Shown here piece after piece: positions 35,212 through 45,217 of a stretch of 64,000 bases of DNA. The notes beneath the pieces were generated by a model. It saw only the letters and a list, made by a program, of their open reading frames with translations, was not told the DNA's origin and did not search any database. Both the position numbers and the translations under genes were made by a program. The stretch's first letter is position 1. Every line of letters starts with the position of its first letter. The DNA is from an uncultured delta proteobacterium (GTDB lineage Bacteria > Desulfobacterota > Binatia > UBA9968), in assembly GCA_963804165.1 (NCBI GenBank), contig CAWDPO010000030.1:1-64000 (forward strand), given 5' to 3'.

Positions 35212-37537
35212 TCACGATTTAATGTTCTCCAACCCAAGATAAATCTTTTCGGCTTTGATCGGCAAGTCTCTGATGCGCACACCGACGGCATCGTAAATAG
35301 CGTTGGCGATCGCCGGCGCTACGGGAATGAGCGCGCTTTCGCCGATGCCCTTGGCGCCGAAGGGACCATTGCGATCCGGTACTTCGACGCAGATCGGATC
35401 GATCACTGAAGGCATGTCACCAAGCGACGGCAAAACATAATCGACTAGATTGGGATTAATCAGTTGGCCGTTGTCATAAGCGATCTCTTCAAACATCGCC
35501 TGGCCGATCCCGGTGATCGCCGCGCCGGCAAGCTGCTGGCGGCAACCCAGCGGGTTGAGCGCTTTGCCGACGTCGACGGCGGTGGCGTACTTGATAAGTT
35601 TGAACTTTCCCGTGTCGATATCGACTTCCACTTCCGCGGCGCCGGCGGCGAGAAACCAAAACGCCGACGTACTCTTTTCGCCGAACTCGTCTTTGGTTGA
35701 CGTCTTAACTTGCCCATCACCGACAAGAGTGCCGCCTTGCATGCCGAAACGCTTGAACATGACCTCGGCGTAGTCGAGCGCGGTCTCCGGCAAACGAACT
35801 TTACCGTCCGCGAAACTAATTTTGTCTTCGGGGACGCCGTATTCTTTAGCGACAATCTGTTTAAGCTGGCGCTGGATATCCTGCGCCGCTAACTGCACCG
35901 CTTTGCCCATGTGAAAGGTCGAGCGGCTCGACGACGTGGTCAAATCATAAGGCACGACGTCGGTGTCGACGCCAAGCACCTGGATTTTTTTTATCGCAAT
36001 GCCCAGCTCGGCGCCGGCGATCTGCGCCATCACGGTATCGGAGCCCTGTCCCATTTCCACCGTGCCAATATAAATCGACAGGCTCGCATCTTCGTTGAGC
36101 TTCACCACGGCGCAAGAGATCGATGGCGTGATCGTCGCCTTGATCATGCACGCAAGCCCCTTACCGCGCCTTAGACTTCCGTCATTGAACTTTTGAACGT
36201 TTGAACCTTTGAACGCTTTATCTTCCCAGCCAATCGACTTGGCGACTTCGTCTAAGCATTCTTTAAGTCCCACCGCGCGCAGAGTTTCGTCAGTAACGAA
36301 TTTATCACCCTCGTTGTAGCCGTTCTGCTTGCGCAGCTCGAGGGGATCGATCTTGAGCGCTGCGGCGATAATATCCATCTGCGACTCAACAGCCCAGGCG
36401 GACTGCGATACCCCGAAACCGCGGAACGCGCCCGCCGGCGGTTTGTTGGTGTAGACGGAATACGAATCGATTTTTAGATTGGGAATTCGATACGGCCCGG
36501 CTGCCGTGTAACCGGATTTTTTTGCGACGCGCGGGCCGATCTCGGCATAGGCGCCGGTGTCGAGATGAATCTCGCACTCGCGCGCTACCAACGTGCCGTC
36601 GTTTTTGACGCCGGTCTTCATGCGAATCACCGCGGCGTGTTTGGTGATCGTGTAAAAGACTTCTTCGCGCGACAGAACCACGCGCACCGGTCGTCCGGCT
36701 TTTTGTGCCAAGGCCACCGTGATCGGTTCGACTTTCGGATAAACCTTGCCGCCATATCCGCCGCCGAGATAGGGCACGATGACGCGGACTTTCGCAACCG
36801 GCACTTTGAAAATATTGGCGAGCTGCGTGCGTACGACGAAGGGATTCTGCGTCGTCGCCCACACGGTGATCCGTCCGCCCGGCTCGACCGATGCGATGCA
36901 TGCATGGGTTTCTAAGAAGCAATGTTGGGTTGCCGGCAACGTAAAGGTGTCCTCGAAGATCTGCTCCGCCTCGGCAAAACCTTTGTCGATGTCGCCGCGG
37001 TTCAGTCGAAAGTGCGTGCAGATGTTGGTGCCGTCGATCGGTTTGAGCTCGGCGAGATCGGCAAAGCCTGATCGCCGGTATTCGCACCTTCTCATGCACC
37101 AGAGTGGGGTTCTGCTTGATCGCGTCCTGAACGTTGAACACCGCAGGCAGCTCCTCGTAGTCGACTTCAATCAGACTCCAGCGCTTCTTCCGCCGCGTCG
37201 ACGGTCAAAGCCGCAACCGCCGCCACCGGATCGCCGACGTGGCGCACCTTTTCCACCGCGACGATCGTCTGATCTTTGAACACCGGGCCGTAGTAGGGCT
37301 CGATGCCCTCATCATGAAGAATATCGTCGCGCGTCAGCACCGCCATGACACCGGCAACTTTCTGCGCTTTCGAAGTATCGATGCGCTTGATCCGCGCATG
37401 CGGGTAAGGACTACGCAGAATCTTGCCGTGGCACATGCCCGGGACACTCATGTCCGCCAAGATAGTGCGCCCTGCCCGGTGACTTTCGTTTCGTAATCTA
37501 AACGCCGCACCGATTTGCCGATTTGGGTTGTGTCCAT
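35212..37537 (-). CDS. Xanthine dehydrogenase family molybdopterin-binding (large) subunit, frameshifted
   Basis: IGKSVRR..KVTG, LRSPYPHARI, GGGYGGK, AFRGFG, EMGQG, AKGIGES, PAIANAIYDA. Confidence 0.92.
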
Positions 37538-37578
37538 AGAGTCTTCTCGCATCGTTCTCCGCGTCTATTGGCGTGCCG

Positions 37579-37629
37579 GCCCCCCTCCTTCATCCTCCCC
37601 CGCGCTCGGGGGAGGAAAGAGGTGGGGGC
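37579..37629. repeat. GC-rich palindromic intergenic repeat
   Basis: CCCCCTCCTTCATCCTCCCCCG..CGGGGGAGGAAAGAGGTGGGGG; a related hairpin lies at 38195-38233. Confidence 0.6.
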
Positions 37630-37668
37630 AGAGGGCGCAAAGACCAGTGACGGTTCGTTTAGAGCGAA

Positions 37669-38133
37669 TCAGCTCCTGGCCACGTTCTTAACCGCCTGCA
37701 TGATCTCTTGATAACAGCCGCAGCGGCAAAAGTTGCCAGCCAAATAATCTCTAATCTGTTGCTCCGAAGGCTGAGGACACTCATCGAGCAGCGCTTTCGC
37801 TGTTAGAATGAAACCGGATGTGCAGTAGCCGCACTGAAGAGCGCCAAACTCCATGAACGCCTCTTGGAGTGGATGCAGTGATTTCTTTTCGCTCAATCCT
37901 TCGATGGTTAGGACTTCGCAGCCTTCCGCATCTACCGCCAACATCGCACAGGCGCTCACTGGTTTGCCGTCGACGAGCAACGTGCAAGCGCCGCACACTT
38001 GAATATCGCAGCCGAGTTTGGCGCCGGTGAGGCCGAGCTGGTCGCGCACCATGTCGAGCAGCGTTGTACGCGCTTCGACTTCGACGCTACGTTGCATACC
38101 GTTAACTTTCAATGAAACGGTCTTATGATTCAT
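37669..38133 (-). CDS. Xanthine dehydrogenase family (2Fe-2S) small subunit
   Basis: GCDIQVCGACT, QCGYCT, GNFCRCGCY; likely start MNHKTVSLKVNG. Confidence 0.92.
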   Translation of the reverse strand: MNHKTVSLKVNGMQRSVEVEARTTLLDMVRDQLGLTGAKLGCDIQVCGACTLLVDGKPVSACAMLAVDAEGCEVLTIEGLSEKKSLHPLQEAFMEFGALQCGYCTSGFILTAKALLDECPQPSEQQIRDYLAGNFCRCGCYQEIMQAVKNVARS

Positions 38134-38285
38134 CTTTTTTTCTGCTGTGCAAAAACACCTGAGGTACAGAAACGTGGTCATCTGCGTTCGGAACTCACCC
38201 CTATCCTCACCTTTCCCCGTCAAGGGGAAAGGAAAAAATTCCGAGTCTAGATATCGGTTGCTGCGCCCATCTATACAATCGTTGA

Positions 38286-39161
38286 TTACCCGCTGAGAGC
38301 TTTCTTGTAAGCCGCGTCCGCGGCGCGCTTTACGAGCGTGCGCACGATCGCCCGTTTGTACTGCTCGGAGCCGCGCAAATCGCTGGTCGGACTGCATTCT
38401 TGTGACGCGATTCCACCCGCTTCCGCGATAAGCTCCGCTGCCAGTTTCTTGCCGGTTATCAACGCTTCGGCCTTGCGCGCGCGCACCGGTGTCGGGCCGA
38501 CGCAGCCGAGCACGATGCGCGCGGCTTGAATCGCTTCATCACCGGTATTTAACGTGAGCCGAACCGCGACGCCGGCCGATGGCTTGTCGACCACGGAGCT
38601 GCTGGAAAAGCGAATGTACTCGATACCGGAGCGAGGCTGAAGCGGCGGCAAAACCACTTGCGTGAGGATTTCATCGTCAGCGAGGCTTGTCGTATAAAAG
38701 TCGAGGAACAATTCTTCGACGGCCATCGTGCGCGCTCCGTTTGGTCCGACGATTCTCACTTTACCGTCAAGCGCGATGAAAATCTGCGATAGATCCGTCA
38801 ACGGCTCGCCGGAAGCGAGATTGCCGCCGACGGTTCCCATGCTGCGCACACGGATATTGGCGACTTCTCTTTCGGCTTCGCAGAGCACTGGGAATTTCTC
38901 TTTCACCAGCGCCGAGGTTTCGAGTTCGCGGTGGGTCACGAGCGCGCCGATGGTCAAACCTTCTTTCGAGTCGTACTGGATGCCCCTGAGCTCGGGAATC
39001 CTTTTAATGTTGACCAATGACTTAGGCTCATAAAGGCCCTGCTTCATGAGAATAGTGAGATGGGAGCCACCGGCGAAGACCTTTGCCTCGCCGGCGTGTT
39101 GTTTCAGCAGTGCGCAGGCTTCGGCAACCGTAGTCGGTTCCAGATAATCGAAATTTTTCAA
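38286..39161 (-). CDS. Xanthine dehydrogenase family FAD-binding (medium) subunit
   Basis: FDYLEPTT, AGGSHL, TIGALVT, TVGGNLA, DLRGSEQYK. Confidence 0.92.
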   Translation of the reverse strand: MKNFDYLEPTTVAEACALLKQHAGEAKVFAGGSHLTILMKQGLYEPKSLVNIKRIPELRGIQYDSKEGLTIGALVTHRELETSALVKEKFPVLCEAEREVANIRVRSMGTVGGNLASGEPLTDLSQIFIALDGKVRIVGPNGARTMAVEELFLDFYTTSLADDEILTQVVLPPLQPRSGIEYIRFSSSSVVDKPSAGVAVRLTLNTGDEAIQAARIVLGCVGPTPVRARKAEALITGKKLAAELIAEAGGIASQECSPTSDLRGSEQYKRAIVRTLVKRAADAAYKKALSG

Positions 39162-39178
39162 CGTCGCATTCGTCTCGC

Positions 39179-39251
39179 GTTCAAGGTTCCAGGTTTAACG
39201 TTCAAAGTTATCCGGATCAGACCTTGACCTTTGAACTTTTGAACCTTGAAC
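39179..39251. repeat. Inverted pair of ~7-bp tandem arrays (GTTCAAG / CTTGAAC)
   Basis: GTTCAAG GTTCCAG GTTTAAC GTTCAAA ... CCTTGAC CTTTGAA CTTTTGAA CCTTGAAC. Confidence 0.65.
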
Positions 39252-39252
39252 T

Positions 39253-40599
39253 CTAGATATATTTCACCTTATCGACCCCAGGGATCTCGACTTTTTCGAA
39301 GCGCCAGTGATCTTTCATCGGCGCGGTCGCATCGATACCTAACCCCGCTGTGACGCGCGCCTCCGGACAAGAAGGATCCAATGTGGAGCAAGCAATGCGC
39401 GGTATGATAATCGCGTCCTTGTCGGCCTGAAAACGCGTCGCCATTGCCCAATCGACCTGCATCGGATCGAACGGATCGATGTCGTCGTCGACGACGATCA
39501 CTTGTTTCAGACCGATGCCCATCGAAAGCAAAGCGAGAATCACGTTGCGCCCTTCGTTCTCGGCGCGCTTCTTGATCGACACCACGACGTGATGGCGAAA
39601 CGTCCCGCCCGGCGTCATGTTGACGCCGCGCACTTCGGGCACGATCTTTTTTACTTCGCGATAAACCACCGCGGCGTTGCCGTACTCGATCAGCGTGTGA
39701 TTTTCGGTTACGGGCATGCCGGTGAGCGCCGTCTGCCAGATCGGATTCTGCCGCATGGTAATCCCGGTAACCTTTAGCACCGGCGCCTGTTTGGCCTCGC
39801 TGTAGCAGCCTGGATATTCCCCGTAGGGGCCATCGGCAACGCGCTCGCCGGGTATGGTCACGCCTTCGATGACAACTTCGGAGAACGCCGGAACCTCGAC
39901 ATCTATGGTTTCGCACTTCGTCAATTTCACCGCTGCGCCGCGCAAACCGCCGGCAACGTGAAACTCGTCTATGCCAAAGGGCACTCGCGCTTGCGAGCCG
40001 ACGACGATGGCCGGATCGACACCGACGGCAGTGGCAACTTCTAATCCTCTGTTCTTTTCTTCCGCTTTCAAAATCATTCGACCCAAGTGATGATCGGCCG
40101 GCGCCCAGAGCGATAATTTATCTCGGCCGAGCACGAGCATGCGGTGGATCGACAAGTTGCGAGTGCCGGTGTCCGGATCTTTGCCGACTTGCACGCCGAT
40201 GGTGACGTACGGGCCGACATCTTTGGCGGCGTGTGTAACGATGGGCAGCTTCGATAAATCGATCTGATCACCGGTCCATTTGATTTCTTTGCAAGGCGCG
40301 CTGGAAACCATCTCGGGCGCGATGCGCTTGTCCTCTAAGGTCAAATAGCGCTCGAGCATCTGCTCCTGCGGTACACCGAGCCCGAGGGCCACCAGTTTAC
40401 GAGTCGCGAACAATCCGCCCAATACGCGCCAACCCGGATGGCCTTTGACGTTCTCGAACAGCAACGCCGGCCCTTCGATATCCGAGGTCTTGCGCATGCC
40501 GGCGGCGATCTCATACTTGACGTCGACTTCGTTTTGGACGCGAAGAAGCTGCTTCTGACTTTCGAGATGAGTTAAAAAGCCTCTGAGATCCTCAAACAT
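39253..40599 (-). CDS. UbiD family (prFMN-dependent) decarboxylase 1
   Basis: DLRGFL, PALLFENV, NLSIHR, DGPYGEYPG, VVDDDID, WAMATR, GIDAT. Confidence 0.93.
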   Translation of the reverse strand: MFEDLRGFLTHLESQKQLLRVQNEVDVKYEIAAGMRKTSDIEGPALLFENVKGHPGWRVLGGLFATRKLVALGLGVPQEQMLERYLTLEDKRIAPEMVSSAPCKEIKWTGDQIDLSKLPIVTHAAKDVGPYVTIGVQVGKDPDTGTRNLSIHRMLVLGRDKLSLWAPADHHLGRMILKAEEKNRGLEVATAVGVDPAIVVGSQARVPFGIDEFHVAGGLRGAAVKLTKCETIDVEVPAFSEVVIEGVTIPGERVADGPYGEYPGCYSEAKQAPVLKVTGITMRQNPIWQTALTGMPVTENHTLIEYGNAAVVYREVKKIVPEVRGVNMTPGGTFRHHVVVSIKKRAENEGRNVILALLSMGIGLKQVIVVDDDIDPFDPMQVDWAMATRFQADKDAIIIPRIACSTLDPSCPEARVTAGLGIDATAPMKDHWRFEKVEIPGVDKVKYI

Positions 40600-40635
40600 A
40601 GTTCCATCCTATCATTGATGAGTCGCTCTCGGACC

Positions 40636-40700
40636 AGATCCTTCACTGCGTTCAGGATGACAGCCCAAAAGGTGTCATTCTGAACAAAGCGAAGAATCTC
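40636..40700. repeat. REP-like palindrome pair (AGATCCTTC..CAGGATGACA / TGTCATTCTGA..GAAGAATCT)
   Basis: Inverted pair; the same family recurs at 63002-63136. Confidence 0.65.
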
Positions 40701-40762
40701 GACTCAGGCTTTCATGGCTGAGCGACAATCTGCTAGTCAATCTTTTATCAACCATCGCAGTG

Positions 40763-41764
40763 TCACTTCAACCGCAAGAGCGGCAACACTTCGTCGATAA
40801 ATCGCTTCACCTGATTCAATTGATCCTTCGAGGTAAAACGCAGCACCGGCGTGGTGATGCCCATGTCGATCCATTCCTGGATGAGGCGAGCGCAATTTTT
40901 CGGTGGCCCGTGCGCTAGCCAAATCTTGATCAAACTCTCAGGCGGATAGTTCGGTCCGTAATAATGATTGAAGTAATCTTTCGCTTCAGCGTAGGCCGTC
41001 TGTCGGTCGTCGTTGATGTTAACCATGCCGTGGATCGCGCATTCGAAGTTGGACAAATCTTTGTCGGCTTCGCCGGCAGCTTGTTCAATGACATGCCAGC
41101 GTTTCGCGAATTCGTCCGCTGTCACGCCCATCGTGATGTAACCGTCGGCCAGCGTGCCCACTCTGCGCATCGCCTGGTCGACGATTTTGTCGCCGACCTG
41201 CTCACGTTCAGGACTTACGGCAATCCAGATCGGCGGCAACTTCTGCACCGGCTTGGGCACGATGTTGTAGCCTTCGAGTGTGTAATACTTGCCGCGGTGC
41301 GTCACTTCACGGTCGCCCCAGATTTGCCGCAGCAACTCGATCCCTTCTTTCATGCGTCCGACACGCTCCTCGCGCTTGACGCCGAAAGCTCTGAGCTCGC
41401 CTTCATGCGCACCGCCGATGCACACGCCAAGCAAAGCTCTTCCTTTGGAAATCTGATCGAGCGATGCCCACTGAATCGCCAGAAGGACGGGATGGCGCAC
41501 GGGGAAAGAAGCCATGCAGATCGTGCCGAGCCGCACCTTTTTCGTATGGGTCGCCACAGCCGAGAGCATCGTGATCGCTTCGAGGCGCGGCTTGTGGATC
41601 AAACTATCGCCAAACCAGACCGATTCAAACACGCCGGAGTGTTCGGCTAACCGAGCGGTTTCGATCAGCTCATCGATATCGGTGAGACCAAACAACGCGC
41701 CGCGATTCGGCAGACTAATCCCCCATCTTATCGGCAAGTTTCGCATCCGTGTTTTCCTGTCCAC
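40763..41764 (-). CDS. LLM class flavin-dependent oxidoreductase
   Basis: FESVWFGDS, LSAVATHTKKVRLGT, LDQISKGR, PKPVQ..PPIWI, ADGY. Confidence 0.9.
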   Translation of the reverse strand: MDRKTRMRNLPIRWGISLPNRGALFGLTDIDELIETARLAEHSGVFESVWFGDSLIHKPRLEAITMLSAVATHTKKVRLGTICMASFPVRHPVLLAIQWASLDQISKGRALLGVCIGGAHEGELRAFGVKREERVGRMKEGIELLRQIWGDREVTHRGKYYTLEGYNIVPKPVQKLPPIWIAVSPEREQVGDKIVDQAMRRVGTLADGYITMGVTADEFAKRWHVIEQAAGEADKDLSNFECAIHGMVNINDDRQTAYAEAKDYFNHYYGPNYPPESLIKIWLAHGPPKNCARLIQEWIDMGITTPVLRFTSKDQLNQVKRFIDEVLPLLRLK

Positions 41765-41785
41765 TGTTAAAAGAACAGCTCATAG

Positions 41786-41810
41786 CTGTCAAGCAAGCTC
41801 GGCTTGACAG
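41786..41810. promoter_or_regulatory. Back-to-back TTGACA elements of divergent promoters
   Basis: CTGTCAAGC-N7-GCTTGACAG between divergent LLM and UbiD2 genes. Confidence 0.45.
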
Positions 41811-41897
41811 TCGCGCGAGAATGCGGCCACATAGCACATGTGCAGGGCGACGCCTTGTCGCCAAGAAAGCACCGAAACTGAGCCGGAGGTTGCCCCA

Positions 41898-43331
41898 ATG
41901 CCCAAAGATTTTCGCAGCTATTTAGATGAATTACTGGAAAAGCGTCCCAAGGACGTCGTGGTCGTCGATAAAGAAGTCGACCCGCAGTACGAAGCCAGTG
42001 GCATCGTCGAGAAGTTCGAACGAAAAAATGAATTTCCATTGGTTTTTTTCAAAAACATCAAGGGCTCGAAGATTCCCCTGGTGATGAATCTCGGTGCCAC
42101 CTACGAACGGCTGGCATTGTCATTGGGCTCGCCCTCGGTACCGCAGATGGTCAAAGATCTGGCGCACCGCGAGCACAACCCGGTTCCCGTCAAAGAGATT
42201 TCAGCCAAAGAAGCGCCTTGCAAAGAAGTGATCTTGAAAGGCGACGCCGCGGATCTCGATCTTTTACCCGTCTTGACCCTCAATGAAGGCGACGCCGGTG
42301 CCTATGTCAACGCGGCGGCGATGATTTGCAAAGAGCGCGGCACCGGCGCGGTGAACGTCGGCATCTACCGGCACCAGAAACAAGGCAAAAGACAGCTCGG
42401 CCTGATGGTCAATCCGGCCAATCACGCCAATTATGTGCGCGCCGAATACGAAGATCACAACGAACCGATGGAAGTCGCTCTCGCCATCGGCCATCATCCG
42501 GCGTTGAATATGGCCGCCGTCAGCAAGCAAGCCGGCGTCGGCTCGGAGTTGGAGATCGCCGGCGCATTTTTAGGCGAGCCGTTGGAAGTCGTGAAAGCTG
42601 AGACGGTGAATCTGATGGTGCCGGCCCGCGCCGAGATCATCATCGAAGGTATCGTGCCGCCGAAAAAGCGCCACTACGAAGGGCCTTTCGGCGAGTGGCC
42701 GCATTACTACTATAAGGAAGGCGAGCAGCCCTACATCGAAGTCACGGCGATCACCATGCGGAAAAATCCGATCTATCAATGCATCCACAGCGCCCACTTC
42801 GAGCACAACATCATCGGCGCCGCGCCGCGCTTGGGCAGCCTGCTCAAGCGCATCCAAGAGGTTGTGCCGAGCACGACCGGTGTCAATATGCCAATCTCCG
42901 GCGCCGCCCGTTCGCATTGTTACATCTCGGTCAAGAAAAGAGCCGAAGGCGAACCGAAACAGGCCGCGCTCGGAGCTCTGGTCACCGATCCAAACATCAA
43001 ACATGTGATCGTCGTCGACGATGACGTCGATGTGTTCAATGAAACCCAGGTGCTTTGGGCGCTGGCAATGCGCTTCCAGGCCGATCGTGATCTTGTAATT
43101 ATTCCCAATATCATCGGCTCCCATTTAAATCCCACAGCCTACGGCTTCAATCGTATGGAGAAGGGACCCATGGAGACCAAGTTGATCTTCGACGCGACCA
43201 AGCCGCTGCCGCCGTACCACTTTCCCAAGGAAGCCCAAGCGCCCGACGAGGTGCTGAACAAGATCGATCTTGCGCGCGATACGCGGCCGTACGAACCAGG
43301 AAAAGACGACAAGGACATAACGGGAGCGTGA
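41898..43331 (+). CDS. UbiD family (prFMN-dependent) decarboxylase 2
   Basis: GGAGG RBS; DFRSYL, NVGIYR, EGPFGEWPHYY, VVDDDVDV, WALAMRFQ, FDATKP. Confidence 0.93.
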   Translation: MPKDFRSYLDELLEKRPKDVVVVDKEVDPQYEASGIVEKFERKNEFPLVFFKNIKGSKIPLVMNLGATYERLALSLGSPSVPQMVKDLAHREHNPVPVKEISAKEAPCKEVILKGDAADLDLLPVLTLNEGDAGAYVNAAAMICKERGTGAVNVGIYRHQKQGKRQLGLMVNPANHANYVRAEYEDHNEPMEVALAIGHHPALNMAAVSKQAGVGSELEIAGAFLGEPLEVVKAETVNLMVPARAEIIIEGIVPPKKRHYEGPFGEWPHYYYKEGEQPYIEVTAITMRKNPIYQCIHSAHFEHNIIGAAPRLGSLLKRIQEVVPSTTGVNMPISGAARSHCYISVKKRAEGEPKQAALGALVTDPNIKHVIVVDDDVDVFNETQVLWALAMRFQADRDLVIIPNIIGSHLNPTAYGFNRMEKGPMETKLIFDATKPLPPYHFPKEAQAPDEVLNKIDLARDTRPYEPGKDDKDITGA

Positions 43332-43335
43332 AAAC

Positions 43336-44229
43336 ATGGTTCAAAACGTTCAAGCAGTTCAAGACGTTCAAATCGTCGGAGAACTGCCCGGAGGTCTACA
43401 CGCCTTGAACGAATTGAACGTCTTGAACGATTTGAACAAAGCAAAGCCTCTGGTTGAGATCCAGGGGGTCTCGAAAAGTTTTCATAAAACCGTCAAAGAT
43501 ATCACGACCGAGGTTAAGGCGTTGGCGGATGTGAGTCTTTCCATCCGAGAGAAAGAGTTTGTCAGCATCATTGGCCCCAGCGGTTGCGGCAAAACCACGC
43601 TGCTAAAAATGATCGACGGCCTGATCCCGTACGACAGCGGCAAGATCGTGATCGATGGCAAGCAGGTCACCGCGCCGGGTCCTGACCGCGCCGTGGTATT
43701 TCAAGCTTTTGCTTTGTTGCCGTGGCGTACGGTCCTCGCCAACGTGCAGTTCAGCCTCGAACTGCGTAGACTGCCCAAAGAAGATCGAACAAACATTGCG
43801 CGCGACTATCTGAAACGCGTCGGCTTGGCCGATTTCGAAAATCACTACCCTCACGAGCTTTCGGGCGGCATGCAGCAACGCGCCGGTCTGGCCCGCGCGC
43901 TGGCGGTCAATCCGTCGATTCTGCTCATGGACGAACCGTTCGGCGCCGTCGACGCGCAAACCCGACAACTCTTGCAGGAAGAGCTTTTGGAGCTGTGGCA
44001 GCGCGAGCGCAAGACGGTGATTTTCATCACCCACAGCATGGACGAAGCGGTGTATCTTTCTGATCGCGTCGTCGTCATGACGCCGCGGCCGGGCAAGGTG
44101 GCCGAAATTCTCGACGTGCCGCTGCCGCGCCCGCGTGTCTCTGAAGAAGTGCGCCGCGACGGCAAATTTGTCGAATTGACCAACTACATTTGGGAAAGTC
44201 TGAAAAAAGCGATGGAGAACCATCATTGA
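43336..44229 (+). CDS. NitT/TauT-type ABC transporter ATP-binding protein (N-terminus encoded by repeats)
   Basis: GPSGCGKT, LSGGMQQR, LLMDEPF, FITH. Confidence 0.93.
   Translation: MVQNVQAVQDVQIVGELPGGLHALNELNVLNDLNKAKPLVEIQGVSKSFHKTVKDITTEVKALADVSLSIREKEFVSIIGPSGCGKTTLLKMIDGLIPYDSGKIVIDGKQVTAPGPDRAVVFQAFALLPWRTVLANVQFSLELRRLPKEDRTNIARDYLKRVGLADFENHYPHELSGGMQQRAGLARALAVNPSILLMDEPFGAVDAQTRQLLQEELLELWQRERKTVIFITHSMDEAVYLSDRVVVMTPRPGKVAEILDVPLPRPRVSEEVRRDGKFVELTNYIWESLKKAMENHH
43339..43437. repeat. Inverted pair of 9-bp tandem arrays within the ATPase 5' end
   Basis: GTTCAA at 43339/48/57/66 and TTGAAC at 43405/14/23/32. Confidence 0.75.
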
Positions 44230-44981
44230 ATAGCCGATTTGGCACCCATATTCTCTCCATTCTTTCGCTCGCAATCTTATGGGAGGTTGTCGGACGGGCG
44301 ATGGATTCCACGCTCATCCCGCCACTATCACAAATCGGCGCGGCTTGGTGGAAACTCTTTAGCAGCGGCAAACTACTCTCTAACCTGGGCGTGAGTCTTA
44401 CGACGTTGGCCATCGGTTTTTGCCTCGCGGCGGTGATTGGCGTTGTCCTAGGACTCCTCATGGGGCGATTTCGTGCCGTCGAGCATTTTTTAGATCTTTA
44501 TGTCAACGCGCTAATGTCGGCACCGACGACCGCCTTTGTTCCGGTGCTCATCCTATGGTTCGGACTCGGCATCGAATCGCGCATCGCCGTGGTTTTTCTT
44601 TTCGCGGTATTCGTCATCATCATCAACACAATGACCGGCGTTAAACAGGTCGACAACGTTCTTGTCGAGATGGCACGCTCCTTCGGCGCTCGAGAGAAAG
44701 AAATCTTTTTCATGATCATGCTCCCCGCCGCCCTTCCGGCGATTATGGCCGGTCTTCGGCTCGGCATCGGCCGCGCCGTAAAGGGCATGGTGACAGCGGA
44801 GATGCTGCTCACGCTCACCGGCATCGGCGCCATGATCATGCAATACGGCTCGTCGTTCGCCACTGATTCGCTCTTTGCCGTGATCTTAACGATCTTGATA
44901 ATCGCGATGATCACGATGAAGCTGGTGCAATGGGTCGACCAGCGGCTTACCGGATGGAAAGTGGAAATCGCCGTCGAGTAG
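44226..44981 (+). CDS. NitT/TauT-type ABC permease
   Basis: EAA-like LVEMARSFGA, LPAALPAIMAGLRLG, VTAEM. Confidence 0.92.
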   Translation: MNSRFGTHILSILSLAILWEVVGRAMDSTLIPPLSQIGAAWWKLFSSGKLLSNLGVSLTTLAIGFCLAAVIGVVLGLLMGRFRAVEHFLDLYVNALMSAPTTAFVPVLILWFGLGIESRIAVVFLFAVFVIIINTMTGVKQVDNVLVEMARSFGAREKEIFFMIMLPAALPAIMAGLRLGIGRAVKGMVTAEMLLTLTGIGAMIMQYGSSFATDSLFAVILTILIIAMITMKLVQWVDQRLTGWKVEIAVE

Positions 44982-44984
44982 TAA

Positions 44985-45127
44985 AAACGAAATTCGAAAT
45001 ACGAAACTAGAAACAAATTCAAATGATCCGAAAAGAACAAAATTCTAAACGGAACCGTTTCGGATTTTGATATTTGGATTTGAGTTTCTCCGTTTGTTTC
45101 GGATTTCGAGCTTCGAATTCGGATATT
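44985..45127. repeat. AT-rich heptamer-based inverted repeat element
   Basis: CGAAATT CGAAATA CGAAACT AGAAACAAA ... TTTGTTTCG GATTTCG AGCTTCG AATTCG. Confidence 0.65.
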
Positions 45128-45217
45128 TAATGACGGTGAAACAACTTTTTACCGCGGTCAAATCCGAGGCCGGCAACGGAATAATTTAGAACAACAATTT
45201 AACGCAGGAGAACGCTC

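Noticed and set aside
37669-38397. 242-aa extended 2Fe-2S subunit
   Set aside because: The extension overlaps the upstream gene and an intergenic hairpin; the real start is probably 38133.
35212-39161. Aerobic CO dehydrogenase (coxMSL)
   Set aside because: The active-site loop is AFRGFG, not the form I AYxCSFR motif.
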